Positions 19,400 to 29,400 of a stretch of DNA of 32,000 nucleotides are shown one piece after another (position 1 is the first letter of the stretch; every line of letters starts with the position of its first letter). The translations under genes were made by a program, and so were the position numbers. Below the pieces are notes generated by a model, which had not been told where the DNA came from, ran no database searches, and saw only the letters and a list, made by a program, of their open reading frames with translations. Source of the stretch: Candidatus Saccharimonadota bacterium (GTDB lineage Bacteria; Bacillota_I; Bacilli_A; Mycoplasmatales; Hepatoplasmataceae); assembly GCA_027925325.1 (NCBI GenBank), contig AP027133.1, positions 420,001 through 452,000 of the forward strand. Reading direction: 5' to 3'.

Positions 19400-20257
19400 T
19401 TAATTATTTTCAATTTTTAATTTCATTGCATAATTACAAGCGACAATAAATAAGAAAGTGACAAAAATTTTACTTGGAACCAAATATGTTGAGCTAAATA
19501 ATCTTTCATAAAATTCTAATTTAAAAGGAATATTAAAAGCATAAAATTGCGAATAAGGTCTTATAATAAAACCAGTAAAAATTCTTGCAATAATGAAAAT
19601 GATCGTGAGATAAACAAGTAGCATTAAATTCTCTTTTTTATATTTATATACATAAAAAAATAATAATTCAAGTAAAACTATGAAAATTGGTGAAATTATC
19701 ACAAGAACAAGTAATGAATTCTTTAAAAATTCCTGTTCTTCTCCTTGCTGACCAAGAAAATAAACAAGAATAAAACAAATTGCCAAGAAAGAAAATAGAG
19801 CGATTTGAAAAATCCAAAATTGTGTTTTTATATTCAAATCTTTTTTTCGATTACGATAATTTTCTCCCAAAACACCTGCCACAAGACCTGTAAAAGGAAA
19901 AATTAAAAAAGGTAATGGAAGCGGAACTCAACCATTTAATAGTGTTCTTGATAAATCAGCAATCGCACCATAAATTATCGCTTCTACCGGTCCAAATAAA
20001 ATTCCTGTTGCAACAATTGTTGCATCATCAAAACTTAATGGAATTAAATCTGCTGCTTGTGGAATAATCCTTGTAAGAAATGCTTGAAATAAGAATATTC
20101 CATAAAAAAAAGCAAAAATAGGAATTTTATAAATCGTAATAGCTTTACGATTTTGCTTTTTATAAAGAATAAAGTAATAAATTAAGGCAAAGATAATGAT
20201 AGAAGCAAAGGAAAGAAATAATATTCATCAAATTACAGTGTAGTTTACATCTGTCAT
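19400..20257 (-). CDS. ECF-transporter S-component-like membrane protein (285 aa)
   Basis: The frame runs from ATG 20255-20257 to TAA 19400-19402, and 19883-20257 was checked. There are about 6 hydrophobic helices. ATGILFGPVEAIIYGAIADLSRTLLNGW resembles the conserved core of ECF S components. The family assignment is by eye only. Confidence 0.5.
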
Positions 20258-20264
20258 TTTAATC

Positions 20265-21143
20265 CTAATTCTTAGTCATTTTCTCGATTTTTTTTAATCA
20301 ATTATTTATCGTTGCTTTTGAAATATTTTTTCGATAATTAGTATAAAAATAATATTTTAAATCTTCAAGCGAACTATCATGATATTTAATTCTTAATTTT
20401 GCCAAATTAATTTGATCTAATGTTAATTTATTTAAATAATTTATATTTTTAAAAGCAATCATAATTGCTTCTATTTGTTTTGTAGAATTTTTTGTGATTT
20501 TTGTCTTGTTGAATTTTTCAATTACCTCTGCTCGTTTTAAATTTAGATTCATATCTTTGATAATTCGATTCTCTTCAAAATCAATCAATGAATCTGTTGC
20601 TTTTATATATTTTAAAAAATCAGCAATATAAATTGCTTTTTTTAAATAAAAACGATTATTTTTTGCTGTTAAATTAAATTTAAAAGTTAATTTATTATTA
20701 ATTTTATAAAAAAGTTTATAAATTTGATAATAATTAATTTTATTTACCCTGATTTCTAAATAATTATTTTTAGCAGCAAAATTATTAATTGATCCTTTAA
20801 TTAAAAATAGTGCAGCTAGAAAAGACTGATGTAAATTTTTATCATTAAGAATAATTTCTTTTAATTTTAAAAAATTATTCTTCAAGACTGAAAAAAAAGC
20901 ATAATCAAAAAATATTTTATTTTGTTCTTCTGAAAAATTTAAAAAATATTTTTTATTATTAATCTTTTTTAGATTTAAATAAAGAAATTTTAAAATTTCT
21001 CGATTATTTAATCTTAAAATAATATTTAAATTTGGTTCTGTTTTAATTAAAAGAAATAATGAAATATAAAAAATAACATCCTGTTCTTTTTTATTTCAAT
21101 TAAAATTTAATATTTCATTTTTAATTTGGTTAGAAAAATTCAT
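20265..21143 (-). CDS. whiA: DNA-binding protein WhiA (292 aa)
   Basis: ATG 21141-21143 overlaps the trxB stop by 1 nt. The 20886-21143 region was checked. Stop is TAG 20265-20267 after TGA 20298-20300. Supporting features are LAALFLIKGSIN (degenerate LAGLIDADG-like), a C-terminal HTH region (LAKLRIKYHDSSLEDL) and the usual trxB/hprK neighbourhood. Confidence 0.8.
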
Positions 21144-22072
21144 TATAAAGAATCAAGATATTTTTTTGCTGATAGAGCAGCATTTGTTCCATCAGAAATC
21201 GCTCCACTTACCTGATGAAAATCTTTTGTTACGATATCACCAGCTGCAAAAACCCCTCTAATTTTTGTTTTTCCTGTTTTAAAATCTATTGTAACAAAAT
21301 TATCTTTATTCAAAATTTTGCTATCTTGCAAAAATTTAGTCGCCGGAATTCATCCAATATATGAAAAAACACCGCTTACATTAATGTTTTCAATTTCGTT
21401 TGTTTTTCTATTTTTAATTGTAATAGAAGAAATATCTTTCCCATCGCCATTTATTTTAATTAATTCATAATTATATTTAATATGAATATTTTTGGCTTGA
21501 ATAATTTTTTCTTTTACACTATCAACAACATCTAATTTATCAAAAAGATTAATAATATAAATATTTCTTACAATTTTCGATGCAAATAAACTTTCTTCTG
21601 ATGCCGAAGTTCCACCACCGATTACCGCAATATCTTTGTTTCTATAAAAAACACCATCACAAACAATACATGTTGAAAGACCATGGCCAAAATAAGTTTG
21701 ATACTCTTTTATTGGTAATTTTTTTGGATTCATTCCCATCGCCAAAATTATCGATTTTGTCTGATATTTTTTATTAGATTTTAAGATTACTGTTTTAATT
21801 TCATCTTCAATATTTTCAATCTTTGAAACTTCATCACCCTCAATTTTTATTCCTAAAGATTCAGCATGATCGATAAATTTAATCGCTAGATCGGTTCCTG
21901 AAAGTTCTTTAAATCCTGGATAATTATCAATTTTATGTGTATTTAATAATTTTCCTCCAGGGACGCTTTTTTCGATTAAAATTGTTTTTAAATTTGCTCT
22001 TGCTCCATAAATTGCAGCAGCGAGACCAGCTGGTCCGCCACCGATAATAATTAAATCTACTACTGCTTCCAT
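21143..22072 (-). CDS. trxB: thioredoxin-disulfide reductase (309 aa)
   Basis: FAD motif IIIGGGPAGLAAAIYGAR, redox CIVC in STCIVCDG, NADPH motif VIGGGTSASEE and C-terminal GVFAAGD. Fragments 21350..22072 and 21143..21331 join through TGA (SYIGWIPATKF). Confidence 0.92.
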
Positions 22073-22093
22073 ATATTTCCTTTTTAAAACTAA

Positions 22094-23092
22094 TTAGTAT
22101 TTTATTTTATATTTTAAAACGATATCTAAATATTCATTTTGTGGATATAATTTCTTAAAATTATTATAATTTAAATTATTATTATCTATTAAATTTTTAT
22201 ATTTTTGCTGATCTTTATGATTAAAAAAAGTAAGAACTTTTATCTTAAAATTTTTGATTTTTGTTTCATAATAAAATTTTCCATAGGTATGATTAAAAAT
22301 TGCAATTTTTTCAAAAAATCATTGATAATAAATTATTAAAATAAGCCCATAAAAAAGAAAAAGAAACGATAAGACAAATGAGGTTGGAACATCCCCTATT
22401 TTCATAATATATTTATCATCTCGTAAAAGTTCCAAACTTGCCCTTACTGCTCCATATCAAAATAGATAAAAACCACCATGAACGCCGGGTTTTATCTTCG
22501 TATTTGTTTTTAGAAAAAAAGCAATTATTATCCAACCTAAAAAATCTAAAATTGCTTCATATAAAAATAAAGGTTGCCGATAAAATCCATCAATTAACAT
22601 ATGCTCACTGATAAAACTAGGTAAAAACTGCAATTGATTTGTAGCAATCTGTCCATAGACATTTTGATCAAAAAAATTCCCTCACCGACCGATCGCTTGA
22701 CCAATCAAAATATTAGGAAGAATAATTGAAAAAGAGACTCTAAATTCAATATAACTTGCAAAATAAGTCGTATAAACATAAAGCCAAATTAAGATAGCAA
22801 AGATTGATCCTAAAATTGATCTTCCTTCACTAATTTGAAAAAGGGAGATAAAACCATTAAAATCTTTTGGATTAAATAATAGATATCATCATCTCGCTCC
22901 AAAAATAGCAACAATTACACCGACAAAAAATAATAAAAAAAGATCAAATGTCTTATATTTCTTTTTTTTTCATTCAATGTAGGTAATTAAAAAAACAGCT
23001 ATAAACCCAAATAAAAGCATTAACCCATATCATGGAATTGGAATTGGTCCAATTCAAAAAGCAATTGCAAAATCGGAATTAGCTTCGGTCAT
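22094..23092 (-). CDS. lgt: prolipoprotein diacylglyceryl transferase (332 aa)
   Basis: From ATG 23090-23092: MTEANSDFAIAFWIGPIPIPWYGLMLLFGF...GQAIGRWGNFFDQNVYG (the Lgt GR.GNF motif; the W is TGA 22682-22684)...GGFYLFWYGAVR. Stop is TAA 22094-22096. It is absent from the track because it contains many TGA codons. Confidence 0.88.
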
Positions 23093-24005
23093 TTTTTTTA
23101 TTGTCTAGTCTTATACGATTATTTAGATCCTCAAGTGGGAAATATTTATCATATTGTTTTTGTTTAAAATTCATCACAGCAATTTCAACAAGTTCTGCAA
23201 TATTACGACCGACTAAAATAGGTAACTTGATCATCGGAATACTTATTCCTTTGATTGTTTTTTCAGAAAAATTATTTCCTAAGCGATCAGAATCTTTGGC
23301 TTTTGTTGAATTTGTAAAATTTATTATAAAATCTATTTTTGATTCTGGTTTAATAATTTGCGTTCCTAGAAGCTTTTTGATATTTATAATTCCAATCCCT
23401 CTTACTTCTAAAAATTCCCGCGTAGTTCTTGGACTTTTGCCATAAAGTTCTCCCATTATTCGAAAGACATCAATTGCATCATCACCGACAAAAAGATGTT
23501 TGCGACTAATTAATTCAAGTGCAACTTCACTTTTACCGATTCCACTTTCACCTGTAAGCAAAACTCCCATTCCATAAACGATAAGCATCGTAGCATGAAT
23601 TCGTTCTGGATTTTGCGTGATCTTTACAAGATAAGGTTCAATTGATGCTCTTATTTCGGCAGGAGATTGATTTGTCTCTAAAATAATAAAACCAATTGAT
23701 TTGATTATTTTAAAAATATCAGATTTAATTTGTTTTTTATTTAAAATAATAATTTTATTATTTTCAAAAGTCTTTTTAAGTCCTTCAATAAATTTTTCTT
23801 CACCCAAAAATGAAAAAGTTTGGTTAATTTTTGCATCAAGAACGATTAATTTATCTTGTGCTTTCGCAATTAATAAAATCTCTAAATTTCCTGAGGTTGT
23901 TCCTGTTGCAATAAATTGATAATCTTGCAAATTTTTAATTTGCAAAGAATCATCAATTTTTAAGTTAAATTTATTAATAAATTTTTTTAAATCTATTTTA
24001 CGCAT
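23079..24005 (-). CDS. hprK: HPr kinase/phosphorylase (308 aa from ATG 24003-24005)
   Basis: P-loop GESGIGKSE, LVGDD, EVRGIGIINI and the C-terminal region are typical of HprK/P. The track start at 24020 is a TTG, and ATG 24005 (MRKIDLKKFINKF) is preferred. Its 3' end overlaps the lgt start by 14 nt. Confidence 0.9.
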   Translation of the reverse strand: MRKIDLKKFINKFNLKIDDSLQIKNLQDYQFIATGTTSGNLEILLIAKAQDKLIVLDAKINQTFSFLGEEKFIEGLKKTFENNKIIILNKKQIKSDIFKIIKSIGFIILETNQSPAEIRASIEPYLVKITQNPERIHATMLIVYGMGVLLTGESGIGKSEVALELISRKHLFVGDDAIDVFRIMGELYGKSPRTTREFLEVRGIGIINIKKLLGTQIIKPESKIDFIINFTNSTKAKDSDRLGNNFSEKTIKGISIPMIKLPILVGRNIAELVEIAVMNFKQKQYDKYFPLEDLNNRIRLDNKKNDRS

Positions 24006-24024
24006 AATAAAATTATACAATTTA

Positions 24025-25206
24025 TTAACCTAATTTAATTTTTCTTATATACCTTTGCGCAATATCATTTAAGATTTGATCATAATTTATTATTTTATTT
24101 TCAAAAAAAATTACTTTCTCATTTGAAGGTTTTGTTTTCGGATTTTTAGGTGTAAAAAGAGAACACATATCTTCACCTTTTAAGATCGAAATTGGATAAG
24201 TATCTATTTTTTTTGCTAAATTAATAATATCTTCTTTCGCAAAAGTAATTAAAGGTCTAACCGTAAATAAATCACTTGCTTGATTAATTGATATAAGTGA
24301 TTCTAAGGTCTGACTTGAAACTTGTCCTAATGAATCTCCTGTTACAAGTAATTTTTGCTTTTCCTTTGTCGCAATGATATTAGCAAATTTAAAAAAAGCT
24401 CTTCTTAATAAAATTGTTCGATATTCAATAGCTTTTAAATTTGCAATTTCTGCTTGCATTTTTTCAAAATTTACTAAATAAAGAAAGCGATCTTTTCCAT
24501 TAAATTTATTAATTTTTTCTGCTAATAATTTTATTTTATTTAAAGTCTCTTTTGTCGATGTTCTTGAAGTAAGAAAAGAGATAAAAGAAAGATTTATTCC
24601 TCGACAAATTGTAAGATAACTTGCAACCGGTGAATCAATTCCTCCAGAAAGCATCGCCAATCCTTCACCATTTATTCCCGCTGGTAGACCAATTATCCCT
24701 TTATATTTAATCACACTTAAATAATATTTATTATCTTCTGTAAAATTTAAAGTAAAATCATAATCAAAATTTTTAAGATCAACTTTTAAATCATTTTTAA
24801 TTTTAAAAATTTCTGCTGCAACAAAAATTGTAGCATCTTGATTTGATAAAAATAAATCTTTTGCAAATTTGGAATTTCTTATCGTAACTCTAAATTTAAA
24901 ATTAAAATCAATATTAGCAATTATCTTTTTTAAATCATTTATGATCATTTCTTTTGATAATTTTTGGATATAGATCGGATAAAAAGTATTGATTCCAGGA
25001 ATATTTTTTAAAATATCATAAGTTTTATCTTCGTGCTTGTCATCTTTTAATCTTAAAAGTAAATGATCATATTTTTTGATAATAAAATAATCAATTTGCT
25101 CTTTTTTCAAGCGATATTTTATATTATCAATTAACCAATTAATGAATTGATTACGATTTTTACCTTTTAATGTTAATTCTGAATATTTAATTAAAATTGT
25201 TATCAT
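24025..25206 (-). CDS. thiI: tRNA 4-thiouridine synthase ThiI (393 aa)
   Basis: N-terminal ferredoxin-like/THUMP region (IKYSELTLKGKNR), PP-loop LSGGIDSPVA and GDSLGQVSSQT. Confidence 0.9.
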   Translation of the reverse strand: MITILIKYSELTLKGKNRNQFINWLIDNIKYRLKKEQIDYFIIKKYDHLLLRLKDDKHEDKTYDILKNIPGINTFYPIYIQKLSKEMIINDLKKIIANIDFNFKFRVTIRNSKFAKDLFLSNQDATIFVAAEIFKIKNDLKVDLKNFDYDFTLNFTEDNKYYLSVIKYKGIIGLPAGINGEGLAMLSGGIDSPVASYLTICRGINLSFISFLTSRTSTKETLNKIKLLAEKINKFNGKDRFLYLVNFEKMQAEIANLKAIEYRTILLRRAFFKFANIIATKEKQKLLVTGDSLGQVSSQTLESLISINQASDLFTVRPLITFAKEDIINLAKKIDTYPISILKGEDMCSLFTPKNPKTKPSNEKVIFFENKIINYDQILNDIAQRYIRKIKLG

Positions 25207-25216
25207 TTCAATCTAT

Positions 25217-26842
25217 TTATCTGCTTATATGATAAGTAATTACCGTCTCATGTGCGATTCTTAAAGCCTCAATTAAATTATCTTTTTGGTAAAAATATTC
25301 CACCTTATTTTTAAGAGATGTAATTTTTTTATCAAAACGATATTTATTAACTATCAAAATTATCTCATTTAAATAAGAAATTAAAAAAAGATCCTTAAAA
25401 ATTTGTTGATAAAAAATTGTAATCTCTTCTTTAAATTTAAAATATTTATCTTTTCATCTTTTATTTTTTAAATTCTTAATTTGATTTAAAAGTAAAGCAA
25501 AAAAATCATTAATTTGTTTGAATTTTTCTTGATACTTTTGTTGATATTTATTTGGTAATTTAAAAAATAAACTTTCAATTTTATAAAAAATAAAATTTAA
25601 TTTTAAGAGATCATCTTCTTTTTTTTGTAATTTTTGTAATTCACTCTTATCTAAAATTATTTTTTGGTATTTTTGTAAATATTCACTTATCAAAAATAAT
25701 TTTTGTAATTTTTTTGCAAAAATATTTTGATTAACTATCTCTTTATTAAGAATATCTTGCTTAAAATTATCAACAATTAATTTTTCAAGCGATAAACTTT
25801 CCTTTATTTTTAAATTGTCATCCTTTATAAATAAAGAATAATTATATCTAATTATTTTTTGATAATCTTTAATTTTACTAATAAAAAAAAGTAAATTTTT
25901 TGTCATTTTATCGATAAATTCTGATTTATTAATAATTTCTCTCATTTTAAAACTAAGTAAATTTAAATTAAAAAAAAGTTTGTCATTTAATTTTTTAACT
26001 TTATTAAAATTTAAATTTGAAAGATATATTTTTAATTTAGTAAAATCATATTTAATTTCTTGGAATTTCTTTTCAAAAATCTTTAAGTAAAAAAATGGAA
26101 TTTTTTGATCTTTAAGTAATTTTTTAATATTTTTAAAAAGAACTTTATATTCAATGTTTATTGATTTATTAATATCTAAGTAAAAAACAAAATTTTGCTT
26201 TAAATTAACTATTTCTTTATTAATTAATGTAATTTTTTTGATAAAATCATCAAGATCAATTTTTGCTGTTGATAATTTTTTGATATTTAAATCGACTTTA
26301 TTAATTTTTTCAAGATATTTACCTTTCAATAAATTTTTTTGATAAATTGAATTTTTTATCTCTTGCAAAAAATTAACAAAAATTTGATTAATTTTGGAAA
26401 TAAGATTTGTTTTTATTTCATTTATTAAATTAAATTCATTAATTTTAAATTTTGTTTTAGCATAGGTAATTTTATAATCAAATTGTAATTGATCAAGTTC
26501 TTTAAGTTTATTTTGAAATTTTTTCTTTCCAAAATAAAATTTTATTTTATTTTCTTGATCTAACTTTTGATATAAAATTTTTAATTTATTAAATGTAACA
26601 TAATTTAAATTTTTAATCGTATCTTCAAGATCATTAAAAATCTCTTGCTCAAAAAAATTATTTTCTTTCTTAAATTGCAAGAAAATTTTATATAGATATC
26701 TAATTTGATATTTATATAAATCATGATAATAAATATTTAAAATTCGTTTACGATTCTGTCTTTCTAATAAAAGAAAGAATCAAAAACTTATAATTAAAAA
26801 TAAAATAAAAATTAATAATAATAAAATTGCCAATATTTCCAT
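25217..26842 (-). CDS. N-terminally membrane-anchored coiled-coil protein, candidate EzrA-like septation regulator (541 aa)
   Basis: The frame runs from ATG 26840-26842 to TAA 25217-25219, and the junctions at 26681-26842 and 25217-25456 were checked. It has a single N-terminal TM helix (MEILAILLLLIFILFLIISFWFFLLL) followed by about 500 aa of K/E/N/L-rich heptad-like sequence. The C-terminal IILIVNKYRFDKK...YFYQKDNLIEALRIA resembles the EzrA C-terminus as I recall it. The gene is adjacent to thiI. Confidence 0.45.
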
Positions 26843-26859
26843 AATTACATAAAACTTTT

Positions 26860-29400
26860 TTAAATTTTTAGCTTCAAAATTTCTTCAATATCTAATTTTT
26901 CAACTTTACTTCTACTTTTCAAAATCTCTTCTTTTAAAAACTGTTTAAAATTTATATAAAGATCATTTTGAATTAACTTTATCTTCTTATTACTAAATTT
27001 AGAAAAACCACTTATAAGATCAGATAGTATAATTTCATTTGGATTTTCAAAAAGTTTAATTTTATTATTGCTATACATAATATTAACTTTTTCTTCAAAA
27101 TCTGTTTGATAAACGCCAATCAATTTATCTTCATATGCCTTAACTTGCCTCAAAATTAAATTACCTCTCAAATTTCTCTTACCTTCTTTAAGATCTTTTG
27201 CCCTAATCCTTTTACCTTTTCCCAATTTTGTAAAAATTAAAAACTTACTCTTTCCTTCTGAAAAATCTTTTTGCAAAATGACAAAATTATTAAGAACATA
27301 ATCAAATGGTAGTAATTTAATATTTTTAACACCGATACTATTAAAATTTGTTGTTGGAATTTTATCTAAATTATATTGTAAATAATAACCATTTTCCGTA
27401 AATGTTATTACAACATATTTTTGATTGGTTTTAACAAAATTAATCGCCACAACAGAATCATCATCTTCTAATTTAATAAATTTTTGTCCTGCTTTAGAAA
27501 CATTAAAATTTAAATTAGAAAATTTTGTTTGCTTAATTACCCCTCTTTTGGTTGCGATCACAAAATTTAAATTTAGATTATCGATATTTTTTTTAGTAAG
27601 AGTAAAGGAAATAATTGTCTCATTTGTTGTGATTGAAATATACTTTGAAAGATGATCACCGATATCTTTATATTTATGTTGATTTAATTTATAAATTGGT
27701 ATTCGATAAAATTTCCCTTTTGAAGTAAATAAAAAAAGATTATTTAAATTGGAAACTTTAATTTCTTTTGAAATCGGAATATCACCATCTAAAAAGGTAA
27801 AATGTTCAACATTTGAACTACTCTTTGATTTAGTACTTACAAGTTTTATATATCCTTTTTTAGTAAGGCAAAGATAGAAAAAATCCTCAATTACTAATTC
27901 CTTTTCGCTAATTGAAATTTCTTCAATTTTATCTTTTATCAAACTTCTTCGTTTAATCTTAAATTGCTCTTTAATTTTATTTAAATCTGTAATAATAATT
28001 GCAGCAAGATATTTTTTATCTTTTAATCCCTTTTGATAATGATTTATCAGATTTAATAATGATTTATGTTCATCAATTAATCTACCAATATCTGTTGCTG
28101 TCAATCGATATAAACGCAGATTAACAATAGCTTCTGCTTGATAATCATTAAATTTATATTTTTTAATTAAATTTAATTTAGCTTCACTTTTATTCAATGA
28201 ACTTTTAATAATATCAATAATCATATCGATATCAGAACTTATTTGAATTAAAGCTTTAATAACTAATAGTCTTTTTTGATACTTATCTAATTCATATTTA
28301 AATAAATTTTGATAAATTAAAAATTGAAATTCTTTAAAATCATCAATTATATTAACCAATGTAACTAATTGTGGTTTTTTATCCTTTATTACGATCATAT
28401 TGATGTAATAATTTTTTCTTAAATCTGTATTTTTAAAAAGAAAATTAATTATCGCATCATGATTTACATTTTTCCTTGTCGATAAAGTCATCTGTAATCC
28501 ATTACGATCGGTATCATCACGAATTGAAATTAATCCTGGAATTTTATCTTGAATAATAAATTCATCAATTTTACGAACAAGATCGGCTTTATTTACCTCA
28601 AAAGGAATTTGATCGATTATTATCTGATTATTATTTTGATCTGAAATAACATTTGCTTTAATTACGATTTTACCTTTTCCAGTATGGTAAGCTTCCTTAA
28701 TTCCTAATTTTGATTCAATAATTCCACCGGTTGGAAAATCAGGTCCATGAATTATTCTTCTTAAGTCAGAAACAGAAAAATTTTCATTTTTAAGAGCATA
28801 AATCAAAGCGTTTATCACTTCGGTAAAATTATGAGGAGGGATATTTGTTGAATATCCTGAAGCAATTCCAATTGCGCCATTTATTAAAAGATTAGGAATT
28901 TTAGCCGGTAAAATTACCGGCTCTAATTCAGAATCATCGAAATTATTGGTAAAAGGAACTATTTTTTTTTCGATATCTTGCATTAAGAAAAAACTAATTT
29001 TAGAAAGTCTTGCTTCTGTATATCGCATTGCAGCCGCTGAATCACCATCAATCGATCCATTATTACCATGCATATCAATCAAGGGGATTGATGATTTTCA
29101 TCCTTGAGACATTCTTATCAATGCATCATAAACTGAAGTATCGCCATGGGGATGATATTTTCCAATTACATCACCGACAATTCTTGCTGATTTCTTATAG
29201 TTTGTATCATAGTTTAATTTCAATTGATTCATTGCAAAAAGAATTCTTCGTTGAACCGGTTTTAAACCATCTCTTAAATCAGGAAGAGCTCGCTCTTGAA
29301 TAATATATTTAGAATAATCACCAAATTTTTCACCAATTAATTTATCCAAATTTTTAATAATAATTTTTTCATTTTTAAATGATGAATGTTTATTTTTCAT
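26860..29400 (-). CDS. parC: DNA topoisomerase IV subunit A (846 aa)
   Basis: [44 protein letters not shown] (ParC-type MHGNNGS; the W is TGA 29098-29100) and active-site [10 protein letters not shown]. No GyrA-box is seen in the C-terminal domain. It lies immediately downstream of parE. Confidence 0.88.

Noticed and set aside
16187-20257. Reading the S-like membrane protein plus two ATPase-like genes as a normal ECF transporter module (EcfS plus EcfA1/EcfA2).
   Set aside because: No EcfT-like gene is present. Both ATPase-like proteins lack all catalytic motifs. The first carries the oligopeptide-transporter-specific P.HPYT C-terminal motif, which points to OppD/F rather than EcfA ancestry.
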